Positions 30,001 to 39,386 of a stretch of DNA of 64,000 nt are shown here, one piece after another. The DNA comes from a virus. The first letter of the stretch is position 1, and each line of letters starts with the position of its first letter. Both the position numbers and the translations under genes were made by a program. The DNA is taken from positions 1-64,000 of the IMG/VR virus record IMGVR_UViG_3300035698_022898. The stretch is one strand, 5' to 3'. The notes under the pieces are model-generated. The model was not told the origin of the DNA. It made no database searches and saw nothing but the letters and a program-made list of their open reading frames with translations.

Positions 30001-31134
30001 GTATCCCCTGTAGACGATGGGGAAGATTACGATATTAGACTTAGAAACGGGAAGGCAGGGTTTTACTCTGAATGGGTGTATTCCTATGACAACACTGTAA
30101 TAGGTAAATCCTCTTTACCACCTGATATAGATTCTATGTTTTTAAACGGCACTCGTTTAGTATGGAGATACCCGTCTCCCCCCAGAGACTTTGCAGGGTT
30201 TAAACTGAAAATAGGTTTTGATTCTAATGCAAACTGGAACACAGCTCAACTTTTACACGATGATTTAATTTTAGATTTATTCTTTAATATCCCCACAGTA
30301 ACGGGGTATGCTGCATTTATGGTCAAAGCTGTTGATGTTGCTGGCAACGAGAGCTCCAATTTTGCTTATGTTATAACAGGTTTTGGAGACGCTATTGTTG
30401 GTAATTTAATCACTACTTATGACCATCGTATATTAGGATGGCCTGGAGAAAAAACAGGGTGTACTCCTTTTGCAGGTGATTTGGATGCAGACGGGACTGT
30501 AGCTTTTTGGACTGAGGATGGGAATGTCTTTTGGACTGAGGATGGGAATGCCTTTTGGAGAGCTATGTATTCCCAGATGACCTACATAGCAGAATATAAT
30601 CCTATTGTAAATGAGTATACGGAAGAGCTCAAATGGGATTATACTGTAGAAGGCACGAACGTACGAGCTTATTATGCTTTGGATAATAGACAAATCTTTT
30701 GGCCTTCATCTGAAACAGAATTATTTTGGGCAACTACACATCCCGATGCGGATTTATTTTGGGAGGAACTTACTTGGGATGTTTGGCAAGGATCTTGGTC
30801 TCCCATAAGTGAGGGTTTTGCTTATTTTAAATTGCTTATAGCCGGCGGTATTGTAGGTGGAGAAGTTTCAGAATTTAAATTGTACATCGATGCAGAAGAT
30901 ATATTGGAACATTTTGAGGATGTGGTAATAAGTGTGGGCGGTTCTAGGCTTTCTTTAACCAAAACTTATAGAGTTATTCAAAACGTTCAAACGTCATTAC
31001 AATATGACGGGGGTTCCGCTAAAAGAGTAGAGACTTTAGATAAAGATAGTGCATTGGGACCTCTGCTCGTATGCTATGACAATTCAGATGTTTCTGTATC
31101 GGGAACTATTGATGCAGACATTCAAGGGTACTAA
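26986..31134 (+). CDS. central tail/host-specificity protein (gpI+gpJ-like) with FN3 domains and CBM insert
   Basis: ALYG..KVTPP, NPAWASYD, PGDVIEVQHD..WG.GGR, ITGLIPGKTYDFKV, VKAVDVAGNES. Confidence 0.9.
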   Translation: MLAKNKVLLTVVHNPFRFVSNPHEGRIVKVMDFIPGKTSQEYYEEVEPLLKRDMGFSVSIDGKPVPFEFLGTKEVEPGSNIVICPTYHGGGGGLKLVAMIAVVVIAAIVAPYLAPMIGKGMVAMGVGTTTLTVSGGVISAATMATATSIAFSAVAMIGAFAVNALMPAPTPSLPSIGGLGGAIGGSTGTSVSLDKESPTYSWQLSNNTLEEGGVEPALYGSFKVTPPIISRHITTGTDNKQYLNLLLLVTGHELDSITDIQLNDNPIANFTGVSTETRLGTLDQSVISYFNDTITDQAVGATMSTSWITRVTSGNSVEGLGIVFTFFGGLFCQATTGELESTSVTIEMQYQKDAEGWTSWQTVTVSGATSAPVRKYYRVNDLTPGSYSVRARFTTTPESGVRYQNGCVLDYLQEILYSDFSYPGKSLLAIRALATDQLSGGVPRITCVTTRSTVQVWNGSSWVSKGATNPAWASYDMLVNGYYGGEADETKVNYDEFSEWADWCTLKGYACAIYWDVETAIPLALGRVSEVGRGTVIQRGVNYGVLVDKKDDPVQFFSVGSIAEDSLNMEFMDLSARSNAVEITYFDATKNYDRHTVFVQNDQYDDTSELDKVTNQTMYACTNRTVAAQFAQFLLNGNAYLKRIISFQVDVDGVGCQPGDVIEVQHDVPQWGYGGRILSATTFSVVLDRDVLLEVGVAYVVKVTHSQLPPNWNNITGYAQGDYVVHEGYMYKAKLSNTDQVPTVPAYWRAVSDYYEQQSVAAVLVETTTNEITLSGSWDVTPSEYDVFSFGTTANVIKKFRLLSIERSQDVLCDLTMMEYFDEIYEDGVEIPEYPNESSLVTLAGLAGVASWSIVGGSGVPSVYLTWRGQSIGWEVFYKDEADTEWTLYSNAKNPNCTITGLIPGKTYDFKVNGVAEEQGAEEVSVAYTFNVPPPQLGTIVSDESSLLSTASGDLISRIQIPFETSYNAWNGPYIDFDTEVQSKKSADADWVSSGTVASSSELVFVSPVDDGEDYDIRLRNGKAGFYSEWVYSYDNTVIGKSSLPPDIDSMFLNGTRLVWRYPSPPRDFAGFKLKIGFDSNANWNTAQLLHDDLILDLFFNIPTVTGYAAFMVKAVDVAGNESSNFAYVITGFGDAIVGNLITTYDHRILGWPGEKTGCTPFAGDLDADGTVAFWTEDGNVFWTEDGNAFWRAMYSQMTYIAEYNPIVNEYTEELKWDYTVEGTNVRAYYALDNRQIFWPSSETELFWATTHPDADLFWEELTWDVWQGSWSPISEGFAYFKLLIAGGIVGGEVSEFKLYIDAEDILEHFEDVVISVGGSRLSLTKTYRVIQNVQTSLQYDGGSAKRVETLDKDSALGPLLVCYDNSDVSVSGTIDADIQGY
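30505..30559 (+). repeat. 24-nt in-frame tandem repeat (FWTEDGNx x2.3)
   Basis: TTTTGGACTGAGGATGGGAATG repeated at 30505 and 30529. Confidence 0.9.
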
Positions 31135-31145
31135 GGAGAAATAAA

Positions 31146-32279
31146 ATGGCTGATTATCCTGCTGCTGGAGAAATTTCGGATGTGTCTGCTAATGAAGCTC
31201 AAATGAAAGCTAGGTTTGAGGAATGGTTAGCTGCAACAAAACAAAGTTTGGGTGGACTTCCTTACGCCGCATATACCATTTCTTCGGGGGATGTAACTCC
31301 TGTGGTGGGTTTATTTACTGTCGATGAGGAAGTTAACGGTATACCTGATAATTTAGATCATGTTGTATATACCAGTTTGAGAGACGGTGCTTTAATAGCC
31401 ATTCAAGCCGCCGACGATGATGCAGTTATTACGGTCAGACATGCTCAGGGAGGAAACGGTCAATTTACCTTAGCCAGCGGTGCTGACAAAGTCCTTAAAA
31501 GTGATCGATGGATGCTTTTTTTTAGAAACGGGACAGTGTGGGTTGAGCTTTCTTTGGAATCCTCTCTTCCTTCTTCAAATATACTAACCACAGACACCGC
31601 TCAAGATATTTCTGGAGACAAAGAGTTCCAAGATGGAAACAAAGTATTGTTTGGAACGGATGGCGACACAGAAGTTTACCACGATGGTAGTAATTTTAAG
31701 TTACTAAACACCACAGGGGATGCGCAGTTTTATTCCAATACTGCAAAGTTAGGTCTGGTGTTAGTTCCCGATGCCGGTGTGCATCTGTACTTCAATGCCG
31801 TTTTGAAGGCACAAACCACAGCTCTGGGACTACAACTTTCTGCAACAAATACCCTTATGGATCTTAATCAGGGTCAGTTGTTGGTGCACGAAACCCCTGC
31901 CTCGGACTTGACTGTTACCGGTGAAATTGTATCCTTAACTGCGGGGGAATTACTCGCTTTTGGTGATGTTTGTTATATAAAAGCGGCGGACGGGAAACTT
32001 TGGAAAGCAAACGCCACAGTTAGGGCAACCATGCCTTGTTTTGCTTTAGCTACTGCTGCCATTGCTGCTGATGCGACAGGTCTTTTCTTACTCACTGGGT
32101 TTGCGAGAAAGTCTACTTGGTCTTGGACTATTGGAAGTCTTATGTTTGTAAACACTTCCGATGGGGAATTAACACAAACTCAACCTAGTAGTTCTGGCGA
32201 ACAAATTCAAATAGTCGGTATAGCTACTCATGCAAACAGAATATGGTTCCGACCTGAATTGATTATGGCCGAGGTTTAA
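31146..32279 (+). CDS. tail fibre/spike protein, paralog 1
   Basis: After gpJ; LFGTDGDTEVYHDGSN unit; C-terminal TAGE.L.FG..CY.K.DGKLWKA.A domain. Confidence 0.75.
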   Translation: MADYPAAGEISDVSANEAQMKARFEEWLAATKQSLGGLPYAAYTISSGDVTPVVGLFTVDEEVNGIPDNLDHVVYTSLRDGALIAIQAADDDAVITVRHAQGGNGQFTLASGADKVLKSDRWMLFFRNGTVWVELSLESSLPSSNILTTDTAQDISGDKEFQDGNKVLFGTDGDTEVYHDGSNFKLLNTTGDAQFYSNTAKLGLVLVPDAGVHLYFNAVLKAQTTALGLQLSATNTLMDLNQGQLLVHETPASDLTVTGEIVSLTAGELLAFGDVCYIKAADGKLWKANATVRATMPCFALATAAIAADATGLFLLTGFARKSTWSWTIGSLMFVNTSDGELTQTQPSSSGEQIQIVGIATHANRIWFRPELIMAEV

Positions 32280-32295
32280 TTTAAGGAGAAATAAA

Positions 32296-33924
32296 ATGGC
32301 TGACTTCCCTACCGCAGGACAGTTTGAGAGTAATACCGCAACTGGTGCTGAAATGAAGGCCCGGTTTGAAGCTCAATTGGCTGCTACCAAACAGTTAATA
32401 GGTGCTGAGTATAAAGAGGATCTCATCATTTCTGCAGGAACGGTAACTCCGACCTCTGTAGTTCTTACTATTGATGAAGAAACTGGTGGGATTGCTGATG
32501 ATTTAGATAATATAGAACTCACCAATTTTAGGGACGGAACTATTTTAGCTCTTAAAGCTTATGATGCAGATGCAGCCATTACCTTAAAGCATATGAGTGG
32601 GGGTTCTGGAGAAATATCTTTATCCAGTGGAGCAGATCAAGTATTGTCTTCTTCTGACTGGACTTTGTTGATTCGGGAAGGAGGGCAGTGGGATGAAATG
32701 GTGTTCAACTTCACCACTGCTCCTGGTACTACTCTAATGACTTTGGATACCGATCAAGATGTTTCTTCTAATAAAGAGTTTCAGGACGGCAAGAAAGTTC
32801 TTTTTGGAAGTGATGGGGATACTGAAAACTATCATGACGGGAGCAATTTTTATCTTATCAATACTACCGGTAGTATGTACTTTAGGCCCAAAGCTGGAGA
32901 AGAAGGTATCGTTATTGCCCCAGACGGAGCAGTGTCTCTTTACCACAATGCTCTGTTGAAATTTGCTACCAGTGCAACCGGTGCTTCTGTTACCGGGTCT
33001 TTGGTTGCTACCGGGTTTTCTTTATTAGACGGTAATTTTATGTACTTTGGTACTGATAATGATGCCAGTGTACAACACGACGGTTCCGATTTTTACTTAC
33101 TGAATACCACAGGGACCATGTACTTTAGGCCCAAGACCGGAGAAGTTGGACTTTCTTTAGTTCCAGACGGAGCGGCCTCCCTGTATTATGATAATTCTGT
33201 AAAGTTTGCTACTTCGGCGACCGGAGCTACTTTAACAGGAGATCTTGTTGCAGATAGTTTTTCATTGTTGGACGGTAAAAAAATGTTTTTTGGTAGTGAT
33301 GATGATACTGAAATCTATCACGACGGAAGTAATTTTTATCTCCTCAATACTACCGGAAGCATACATTTTAGACCTAAGTCTGGAGAAGAAGGAATCATTA
33401 TTGCTCCAGATGGAGCAGTAACCTTTTATCACGATAATGTGTCTAAATTAGCTACGACGGCAGATGGAATGGCTCTTTCTCAAACCAATGATGAAGTAGA
33501 CCTAAATTCTGGCACAGTTGAGATTGGTGCCGCTGGGGGTGGTTCAGACCATACTGTTTCAGGTCAGACCATTACTTTGACTGCTGGGGAAGCCCTCACT
33601 TTTGGTCAACTTTGTTACATGAAATCTGACGGAAAACTTTGGAAAGCCCGAGCAAATGCAGTTGGAACCATGCCGGCTTTGTTTATGGCTACCGCTAGTA
33701 TAAGTGCAGACACCACAGGAAAGTTTTTAAAGGATGGAACAGCAGTAGACGCCAGCTGGTCTTGGACTGCTGGACAAATTCTCTACACTTCTGAAACCAC
33801 CGCGGGGTCAATGGAAAGCACAGCCCCGGCGGTTAGTGGAGATCAACTACAAGCCGTTGGAATAGCTCTCAGTGCCACGGTTGTTTTATTCGATCCGGAT
33901 AAGATCCAAGGAGAGGTGCTGTAA
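32296..33924 (+). CDS. tail fibre/spike protein, paralog 2 with three 81-aa repeats
   Basis: Same N- and C-domains as 31146..32279; repeats start at 32785, 33028 and 33271. Confidence 0.78.
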   Translation: MADFPTAGQFESNTATGAEMKARFEAQLAATKQLIGAEYKEDLIISAGTVTPTSVVLTIDEETGGIADDLDNIELTNFRDGTILALKAYDADAAITLKHMSGGSGEISLSSGADQVLSSSDWTLLIREGGQWDEMVFNFTTAPGTTLMTLDTDQDVSSNKEFQDGKKVLFGSDGDTENYHDGSNFYLINTTGSMYFRPKAGEEGIVIAPDGAVSLYHNALLKFATSATGASVTGSLVATGFSLLDGNFMYFGTDNDASVQHDGSDFYLLNTTGTMYFRPKTGEVGLSLVPDGAASLYYDNSVKFATSATGATLTGDLVADSFSLLDGKKMFFGSDDDTEIYHDGSNFYLLNTTGSIHFRPKSGEEGIIIAPDGAVTFYHDNVSKLATTADGMALSQTNDEVDLNSGTVEIGAAGGGSDHTVSGQTITLTAGEALTFGQLCYMKSDGKLWKARANAVGTMPALFMATASISADTTGKFLKDGTAVDASWSWTAGQILYTSETTAGSMESTAPAVSGDQLQAVGIALSATVVLFDPDKIQGEVL

Positions 33925-34934
33925 TGGCGGATGTTGGTAAAATATGGGCCACTACTGCAAGTGAGCTAGGCGGAGATTTATTGGGAACCGCTTATGAAGA
34001 CGTAAGCAAATTGTGGGGAACTTCTGTACCACATGGACCAGCGGATGGTTTATATTTTGCTTTTTGCCGGTATATCTCCTCTCCATATTATCGCGATGAT
34101 ACTTTTTGGTACGACCCCGTAGGAAATTCTTGGGCTACTTTAACAGACCAGCCCTTATCTGCGGGATCATGGGATACCGGTCCATGTTCTCAACCGGAGG
34201 ATGGTCTTTGGTATAATTTTTCTTACTATATTACCAGTTACCAGCAAAAAACAAACATTTGGAATTTGGGGGCGGATTCTTGGTCCACTGGATCAGATGG
34301 TTCAGGAACATCTGGGTATGGAAAAATTGCGACCTTCGATGGAGGGGACACTTTTTATAGATACCTGGCCGCTGACAACTTGTGTTATAAATATACGGTC
34401 AGCACAGACACCTGGTTAGTTAGAACTGCTCCAATCTTTACTAGTTATTATGGTGGACACGCACTTAATACGCAGGGGGATCGTTGTTTGTCCGTCACTG
34501 GGAATGGGGGTGGATGGAATACTAATCTATGCCATTATTACGATTCTGGCTCAAATTCTTGGGGTTCCGTTGCTAACCACCCTGTGACTATGTGTGGTCC
34601 AGGTGGAGGAAATAATCAAGCAAGCGATCAAAGTTATTCCATGGGGGGAAGAAGCTATGCTGCTGGAGGCTCTTCTTTAAGTGCCAGTTATAAATTTGAT
34701 TATTCGGCCAATTCTTGGTCAGCTATTACTTCTTTAAATATAGCGGATTCGGACTGTGGTGGCGGAAATCCAATCATAGACGATGATGTATGGTGTGCGG
34801 TTGGATATAATAAAAACGGTTCACCAGAACATGGTGGGAGATGTCAAATGTATGATATTTCAGCTAATACTTGGACTACCAAGACCCAAGGAACCACCGG
34901 TTATAACGGAATGCCAGGTTGGTCGAACACGTAA
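33924..34934 (+). CDS. Kelch-like beta-propeller protein (candidate receptor binding)
   Basis: Repeated YDP..NSW, YTVSTDTW, YDSGSNSW, FDYSANSW and YDISANTW blades with GG motifs. Confidence 0.8.
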   Translation: MADVGKIWATTASELGGDLLGTAYEDVSKLWGTSVPHGPADGLYFAFCRYISSPYYRDDTFWYDPVGNSWATLTDQPLSAGSWDTGPCSQPEDGLWYNFSYYITSYQQKTNIWNLGADSWSTGSDGSGTSGYGKIATFDGGDTFYRYLAADNLCYKYTVSTDTWLVRTAPIFTSYYGGHALNTQGDRCLSVTGNGGGWNTNLCHYYDSGSNSWGSVANHPVTMCGPGGGNNQASDQSYSMGGRSYAAGGSSLSASYKFDYSANSWSAITSLNIADSDCGGGNPIIDDDVWCAVGYNKNGSPEHGGRCQMYDISANTWTTKTQGTTGYNGMPGWSNT

Positions 34935-34950
34935 ATCAAGGGAGAATAAA

Positions 34951-35730
34951 ATGAGTTTAAAAGTATTTTTAGAAGATCATAATTCTGGCATGTCTGCATT
35001 CCAAGAAAAATATTTCGTCATTGGCAGCAATGGTTGTACGGCCTTTGGACAATACCATCAGTGTTTGCGAGAATTGATGACTCGGGTAGGAGAACTCCAT
35101 AACGATTTAAATGGTCGACAGGGGTACCTTAGTCTTCTGCTTAAAATAGAAAAACAAGAAGAGGTGGTAAAAACCACTGGAGAAGAAACTATAAAACGTG
35201 GAGCAATTTTAGAAATTGTTCGATTTCGATCTCAGATAGTCACCGTGCTTATTCGTATGAAAAGTAATTGGAAAGCTTTTCTTCATTTTAAAGCAATGGC
35301 CACTAGATTGAAACAAATAGTAGGGGAACTTACTCCAGAACATACCTTAAAGTTAGAGCGGGAAGAGTGGGCACAGCATTTTCAAACTCTTGCAGCTTTA
35401 AATATTTTGGGGGAGGGTCGGATCAGAACATCCACTTGGAGATTGGTGCGCACTCTTCCTGAACCGGAAAGGTCCAGAGTGGCTGCTTTGATGATGGCGA
35501 ACCCCCCGGTTGATTCGGATGGGCGTATTTGTGGTATTCACCCTGTGGTAGCCTGGTACTTGAATCAATCGCCGAGTCAAATATTTGATATGGATTCTCT
35601 TGTTTCAGAAGAAGTGGATATTTTAAAAATGCTTCCTTCTATTCAAGATGCAGTTGAGCATTACCAAGCCACAGGGGCAACCATGGTTGGTTTATCTTCA
35701 TCCAAAGCACTGGAGGAATCTAATGTCTAA
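34951..35730 (+). CDS. hypothetical protein (coiled-coil)
   Basis: Start re-set by GGGAG RBS; co-oriented. Confidence 0.6.
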   Translation: MSLKVFLEDHNSGMSAFQEKYFVIGSNGCTAFGQYHQCLRELMTRVGELHNDLNGRQGYLSLLLKIEKQEEVVKTTGEETIKRGAILEIVRFRSQIVTVLIRMKSNWKAFLHFKAMATRLKQIVGELTPEHTLKLEREEWAQHFQTLAALNILGEGRIRTSTWRLVRTLPEPERSRVAALMMANPPVDSDGRICGIHPVVAWYLNQSPSQIFDMDSLVSEEVDILKMLPSIQDAVEHYQATGATMVGLSSSKALEESNV

Positions 35731-36298
35731 TTTTGAGCCCATTATATTATCCACTGGTAGAATTATCAAGTCAACAAGAGAAGAGCTGGTATTGGATAAT
35801 GGTCTGGTGATAAAAGGAAATGGGTGGACAGACCCCGATCGTCTGGCTGAAATGACTAGAACAATAACCTATAAAATGTATGTTGACAATCCTCCTTATT
35901 ATGGAAAATTTCATTTACGAGTACAGGGAGAACCGGTCGAAACAGATACGGTATATGAGGAAATATATTCAGTTATTCCCAACCCTCTTTGGAGTGAAGA
36001 TTTGCCGGCATTAAAAACAGAAGTAATAAACGAGGTAAAGTACAAAGTCAGAATGTTCCTGTCTCAATTTTCAGGGCTGCGTTGGGAAGTGGAAAGGGCT
36101 ATTGCTACGGCCCAGGACGCCAATCCAATTCCAGTTAGTGATGAAACAAAGCTTTTTAGAAAACAAGTTCTTAAAGTAGTTGAAGATTACGAGCAAGCAG
36201 TAAACGATGCAGGAACCTTTGAAGCCATTTTGGCTATCAAACAACCGCTTGAACCTAATCCAGCCGAGATGGATAAAATTCGGCTTGTAGAGGTGTAG
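35723..36298 (+). CDS. putative tail fibre assembly chaperone
   Basis: C-terminal W..ERAI.T...P......R......E.AV.....E.I pattern of fibre chaperones. Confidence 0.55.
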   Translation: MSNFEPIILSTGRIIKSTREELVLDNGLVIKGNGWTDPDRLAEMTRTITYKMYVDNPPYYGKFHLRVQGEPVETDTVYEEIYSVIPNPLWSEDLPALKTEVINEVKYKVRMFLSQFSGLRWEVERAIATAQDANPIPVSDETKLFRKQVLKVVEDYEQAVNDAGTFEAILAIKQPLEPNPAEMDKIRLVEV

Positions 36299-36299
36299 A

Positions 36300-37361
36300 G
36301 TGTCAAATGCCACTAAATTGTTTGATGTAGATATCAATAATATAGTAAAGCTTTATGATACTGATAGAGCAAATTTGTCATCTGTAATGGACGGCGTGGT
36401 CATAGCTGTTCCTATGCCTGCAGGTTTGATTATTCTTTTAAATGACAACGCGGCCCCTGCTGGTTGGACTCCGCTTGCGGCTGCGGATGGCCGAATGATC
36501 GTAGTGGCTGGAAATACTTATGCAGTGAAAGAGTCTGGTGGTAGTTGGACCACCGCTTCTCAAGTAACTAGCTCTACAGACGGCACGCATGTCAATCACC
36601 CATCTGTGGGCGGCAAAATGGCTGTAGGTGGAAAACCAGATACGGATATATATGGAGGAGCTCATTCACACGAAGTAGGTGTAGTACATAAACCTGCGCG
36701 TCAAGAATGCCTTCTTATAAAAGCCGATGCTGAAGAGACCGTGTTGCCAACTAATGCGGTAATGTTAGCAGACCAGGCTATTGGAGCTCTATCCACTATT
36801 TTTAATGACGGTCATTATTTGTATGGCGGTACTGTAGTACAAACAGTGGCTTTGGAAACCAATGAAGATATAGCGGCAGCTGGTACCCACGACCATGTAA
36901 AAGACCAATCAGGTACCGGTGGGTATGTTGGTAAGCTTAGACATATTTCATCTGGATCACATGATAGTGAACACGGAATAACTGGTTTAACAGTCACCGA
37001 AAAAATTAAAAAAGTGGTATTGCGGGCGCTTAATTGCTCTGGACAAAATTTACAGGCGGATTTAATTGGTCTTTGGGATGGAGCCACCATCCCTTCTGGA
37101 TGGTCTGAGCTTTCCAGCTTACAAGATTATTTTATAGAATTAGATGCCGCAGGGGATGGAACTAAATCCGGTACGAATGAATTGGAATTGTCCGGCGGGA
37201 TAGACACATATGCTTGGTTACATGCTCATTTGGGGATAAACGATTCATACTTGAATGCTCCAAGTGGAACAATGACTGCCTCGCATAGCCACACTGTTGC
37301 GGGGGATGTGGATTACGTTCCTTCTTATTATGCTCTTAAATTAATCAAATATACTGGATAG
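36300..37361 (+). CDS. tail fibre protein with collar-like repeats and HxH motifs
   Basis: PAGLIIL...PAGW...GRM, IGLWDG.TIPSGW, HSH/HDH/HAH, PSYYALKLIK. Confidence 0.75.
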   Translation: MSNATKLFDVDINNIVKLYDTDRANLSSVMDGVVIAVPMPAGLIILLNDNAAPAGWTPLAAADGRMIVVAGNTYAVKESGGSWTTASQVTSSTDGTHVNHPSVGGKMAVGGKPDTDIYGGAHSHEVGVVHKPARQECLLIKADAEETVLPTNAVMLADQAIGALSTIFNDGHYLYGGTVVQTVALETNEDIAAAGTHDHVKDQSGTGGYVGKLRHISSGSHDSEHGITGLTVTEKIKKVVLRALNCSGQNLQADLIGLWDGATIPSGWSELSSLQDYFIELDAAGDGTKSGTNELELSGGIDTYAWLHAHLGINDSYLNAPSGTMTASHSHTVAGDVDYVPSYYALKLIKYTG

Positions 37362-37373
37362 GAGAGGCACAAC

Positions 37374-37943
37374 ATGGAAAAGTATACTCATGACAAATGG
37401 CCAATGTTGTTGGTAGAGAAAGGCACGATTGTTTGTGTTCGTGATGGTTTAGTTGAGGTTTACTTTGACATAGGAGAATTTAAGGCCTATTCTGGGTATG
37501 ACCTTACTGATAAAACATACTTGGATTACCAACCGGATCGTAAGCATCATATAGATGAATCTTTGGGGATAAAAAAGTTCACCGAAAGGATTCCTGCGTA
37601 CGATTCCATAATTTCTTCTGCCAAAGTTCTTAAAGAACGCCGTAATGACCCCTTCTTTGGAAAATCCTTAGAGGAGACAAAAGAAATAAAGATCATGCAG
37701 ATCAAAATGGAAGCATCCGCAAAGCTTAGATTGGTTTGGGCGGAACACAAACAGACCAACGCTGCCATCGGTGGGATACTAAAACGTGAGGACGAAGTTG
37801 CGATTAAGGCAGATATCAAAAAGACAATCCTCGCAGTGGCTAAAACCAAAACAAAGATTTTAAGTGCCAGAAACCACGAACAAGTTTTAAAGATCGTCCT
37901 TTCCGTCTTCACATTGACAAAGAGAGGAATCTCCAATGATTAA
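37374..37943 (+). CDS. putative tail fibre chaperone
   Basis: Follows the fibre gene; SLEETKEIKI..IK..A...I...W..KQ.N pattern. Confidence 0.5.
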   Translation: MEKYTHDKWPMLLVEKGTIVCVRDGLVEVYFDIGEFKAYSGYDLTDKTYLDYQPDRKHHIDESLGIKKFTERIPAYDSIISSAKVLKERRNDPFFGKSLEETKEIKIMQIKMEASAKLRLVWAEHKQTNAAIGGILKREDEVAIKADIKKTILAVAKTKTKILSARNHEQVLKIVLSVFTLTKRGISND

Positions 37944-38373
37944 ATTACTTGAGGGTTGGAAAGAACGTTGGTTGAAAAAGGAAGAATTTGTAGATACTTA
38001 CTCTCAAATTCTTCCTCCCGAAGTTATAATCGATGCCAAAACAAGTAGTGGTTACGCTGTTGGTACCAACGACATAAACACTCTGTTCTACTTTAAAACA
38101 AAACTCAGGACGATACTATATGTGCTTCTGTATTTTCCTGGGTGTGTCTATGACTTCTTTCTTATCACTCATGAACGAACGCATCCCATCCATAAAACAA
38201 ATGGATGGGATATGAAAGATTGTGAGAAGAAAACCTGTGTCATGTCTCAATATAAAGATGCTTTCACTCGAATCAAAATAGTAATTTGGGGAATTGGAAG
38301 ATATTTGAGGAGGGAGGATAATCCTTTTCATTGTCGAGAGTGTGACTTTCGATTGCGTGTTCATAAAACCTAG
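37936..38373 (+). CDS. HExxH zinc metallopeptidase-like protein
   Basis: HERTH...C-x4-CVM...CREC. Confidence 0.5.
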   Translation: MIKLLEGWKERWLKKEEFVDTYSQILPPEVIIDAKTSSGYAVGTNDINTLFYFKTKLRTILYVLLYFPGCVYDFFLITHERTHPIHKTNGWDMKDCEKKTCVMSQYKDAFTRIKIVIWGIGRYLRREDNPFHCRECDFRLRVHKT

Positions 38374-38383
38374 GAGCCGATAT

Positions 38384-38899
38384 ATGGGAAAAAACCCATC
38401 AGGTGGTTTTTCTGTGGACCCCGAGAGTTCTACTTCTTTTCTTCCTCCGGATGAAGCTTGGATTCTGAAAAAAATCAAAGAAGGAATATCTGCTGAATCT
38501 GATATACAATCCACTAAATTGGCAAAAGCTGTTGTTGCCATTTTGGAGGAACTTGAGCCCGCTCTTATTCGAAGTGCCGCCGCCGCCGCCGTACAAGCTA
38601 TAAACGCAAAACCTCCTTGTGGAATGGATTCTAAAGTTCTTTCTCAAGCAGTTCATTCTTTGCACATGTTAGGGGATTTAGGTGGGGGTGGAGGTAGTGC
38701 CGAAGCTATCTCCCGCGGTATTGAAGAATCCAGAGAAAATCATAAGTACGTTAAAGATTTACGAGAACGATCGCGTCGGTTACGAGAACGAGTAGCCTCA
38801 GGTTGTATCGTGGGAGTTATTGTTCTTGTTTTAGGTGGCATAGGCACTCTTATTTGGTTTGCTATAACGTACGGCGGAAAATCAGGAGTGGGAGTTTAA
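38384..38899 (+). CDS. membrane protein, one C-terminal TM (lysis module)
   Basis: AGGAG RBS; hydrophobic C-terminus; precedes the lysin. Confidence 0.55.
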   Translation: MGKNPSGGFSVDPESSTSFLPPDEAWILKKIKEGISAESDIQSTKLAKAVVAILEELEPALIRSAAAAAVQAINAKPPCGMDSKVLSQAVHSLHMLGDLGGGGGSAEAISRGIEESRENHKYVKDLRERSRRLRERVASGCIVGVIVLVLGGIGTLIWFAITYGGKSGVGV

Positions 38900-38935
38900 A
38901 CCTGCATACATCGTATAGGATTATTGGTGCAAACA

Positions 38936-39376
38936 ATGCTCGATGTGTATATACTCCGGGATGAAACAAGTTACCAAGGAACATTTGGCCGTCTTATTAT
39001 TCCAGGCAAACTAACTCTATTTGTAGGGGAGTTGCCCTGGAGAGATAACGAGCAGATGTATTCCTGTATTCTCTCGGGGACGTACATCGTAGTACCCGGG
39101 GTTCCCAATAATAGGCGTCTGCTAGCCGGTCTTCCTTACATTTATCGAATAAAAAACATCCCCAACCGTTCTGGTGTATTTGTACACAGTGGAAACCTCT
39201 GTGGTGATAGAAGACAAAACCTGATAAGTCACTCCAGAGGGTGTCCTTTATTGGGCAGACGTTTAGGCACCCTCAGAGGGCAACAAGCTGTATTGGTATC
39301 TAGACCTGCCGTTAGAGACTTAATAAACTGTATTGGGGAACAATCTTGGAAGCTTCATATCCTATGGAATATTTAA
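38936..39376 (+). CDS. DUF5675-family putative endolysin (L,D-transpeptidase-like fold)
   Basis: GTFGRL, ELPWRDN...SCI..G.Y, RSGVFVHSGN, SRGCPLLG. Confidence 0.8.
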   Translation: MLDVYILRDETSYQGTFGRLIIPGKLTLFVGELPWRDNEQMYSCILSGTYIVVPGVPNNRRLLAGLPYIYRIKNIPNRSGVFVHSGNLCGDRRQNLISHSRGCPLLGRRLGTLRGQQAVLVSRPAVRDLINCIGEQSWKLHILWNI

Positions 39377-39386
39377 GGAGGTGTAT

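Noticed and set aside
30505-30559. 24-nt repeats as a possible CRISPR mini-array or DGR element
   Set aside because: In-frame coding duplication with no spacers; no cas or reverse transcriptase gene in the window
32785-33480. Fibre repeats as a DGR template/variable repeat pair
   Set aside because: Differences are largely synonymous and not adenine-specific; no reverse transcriptase
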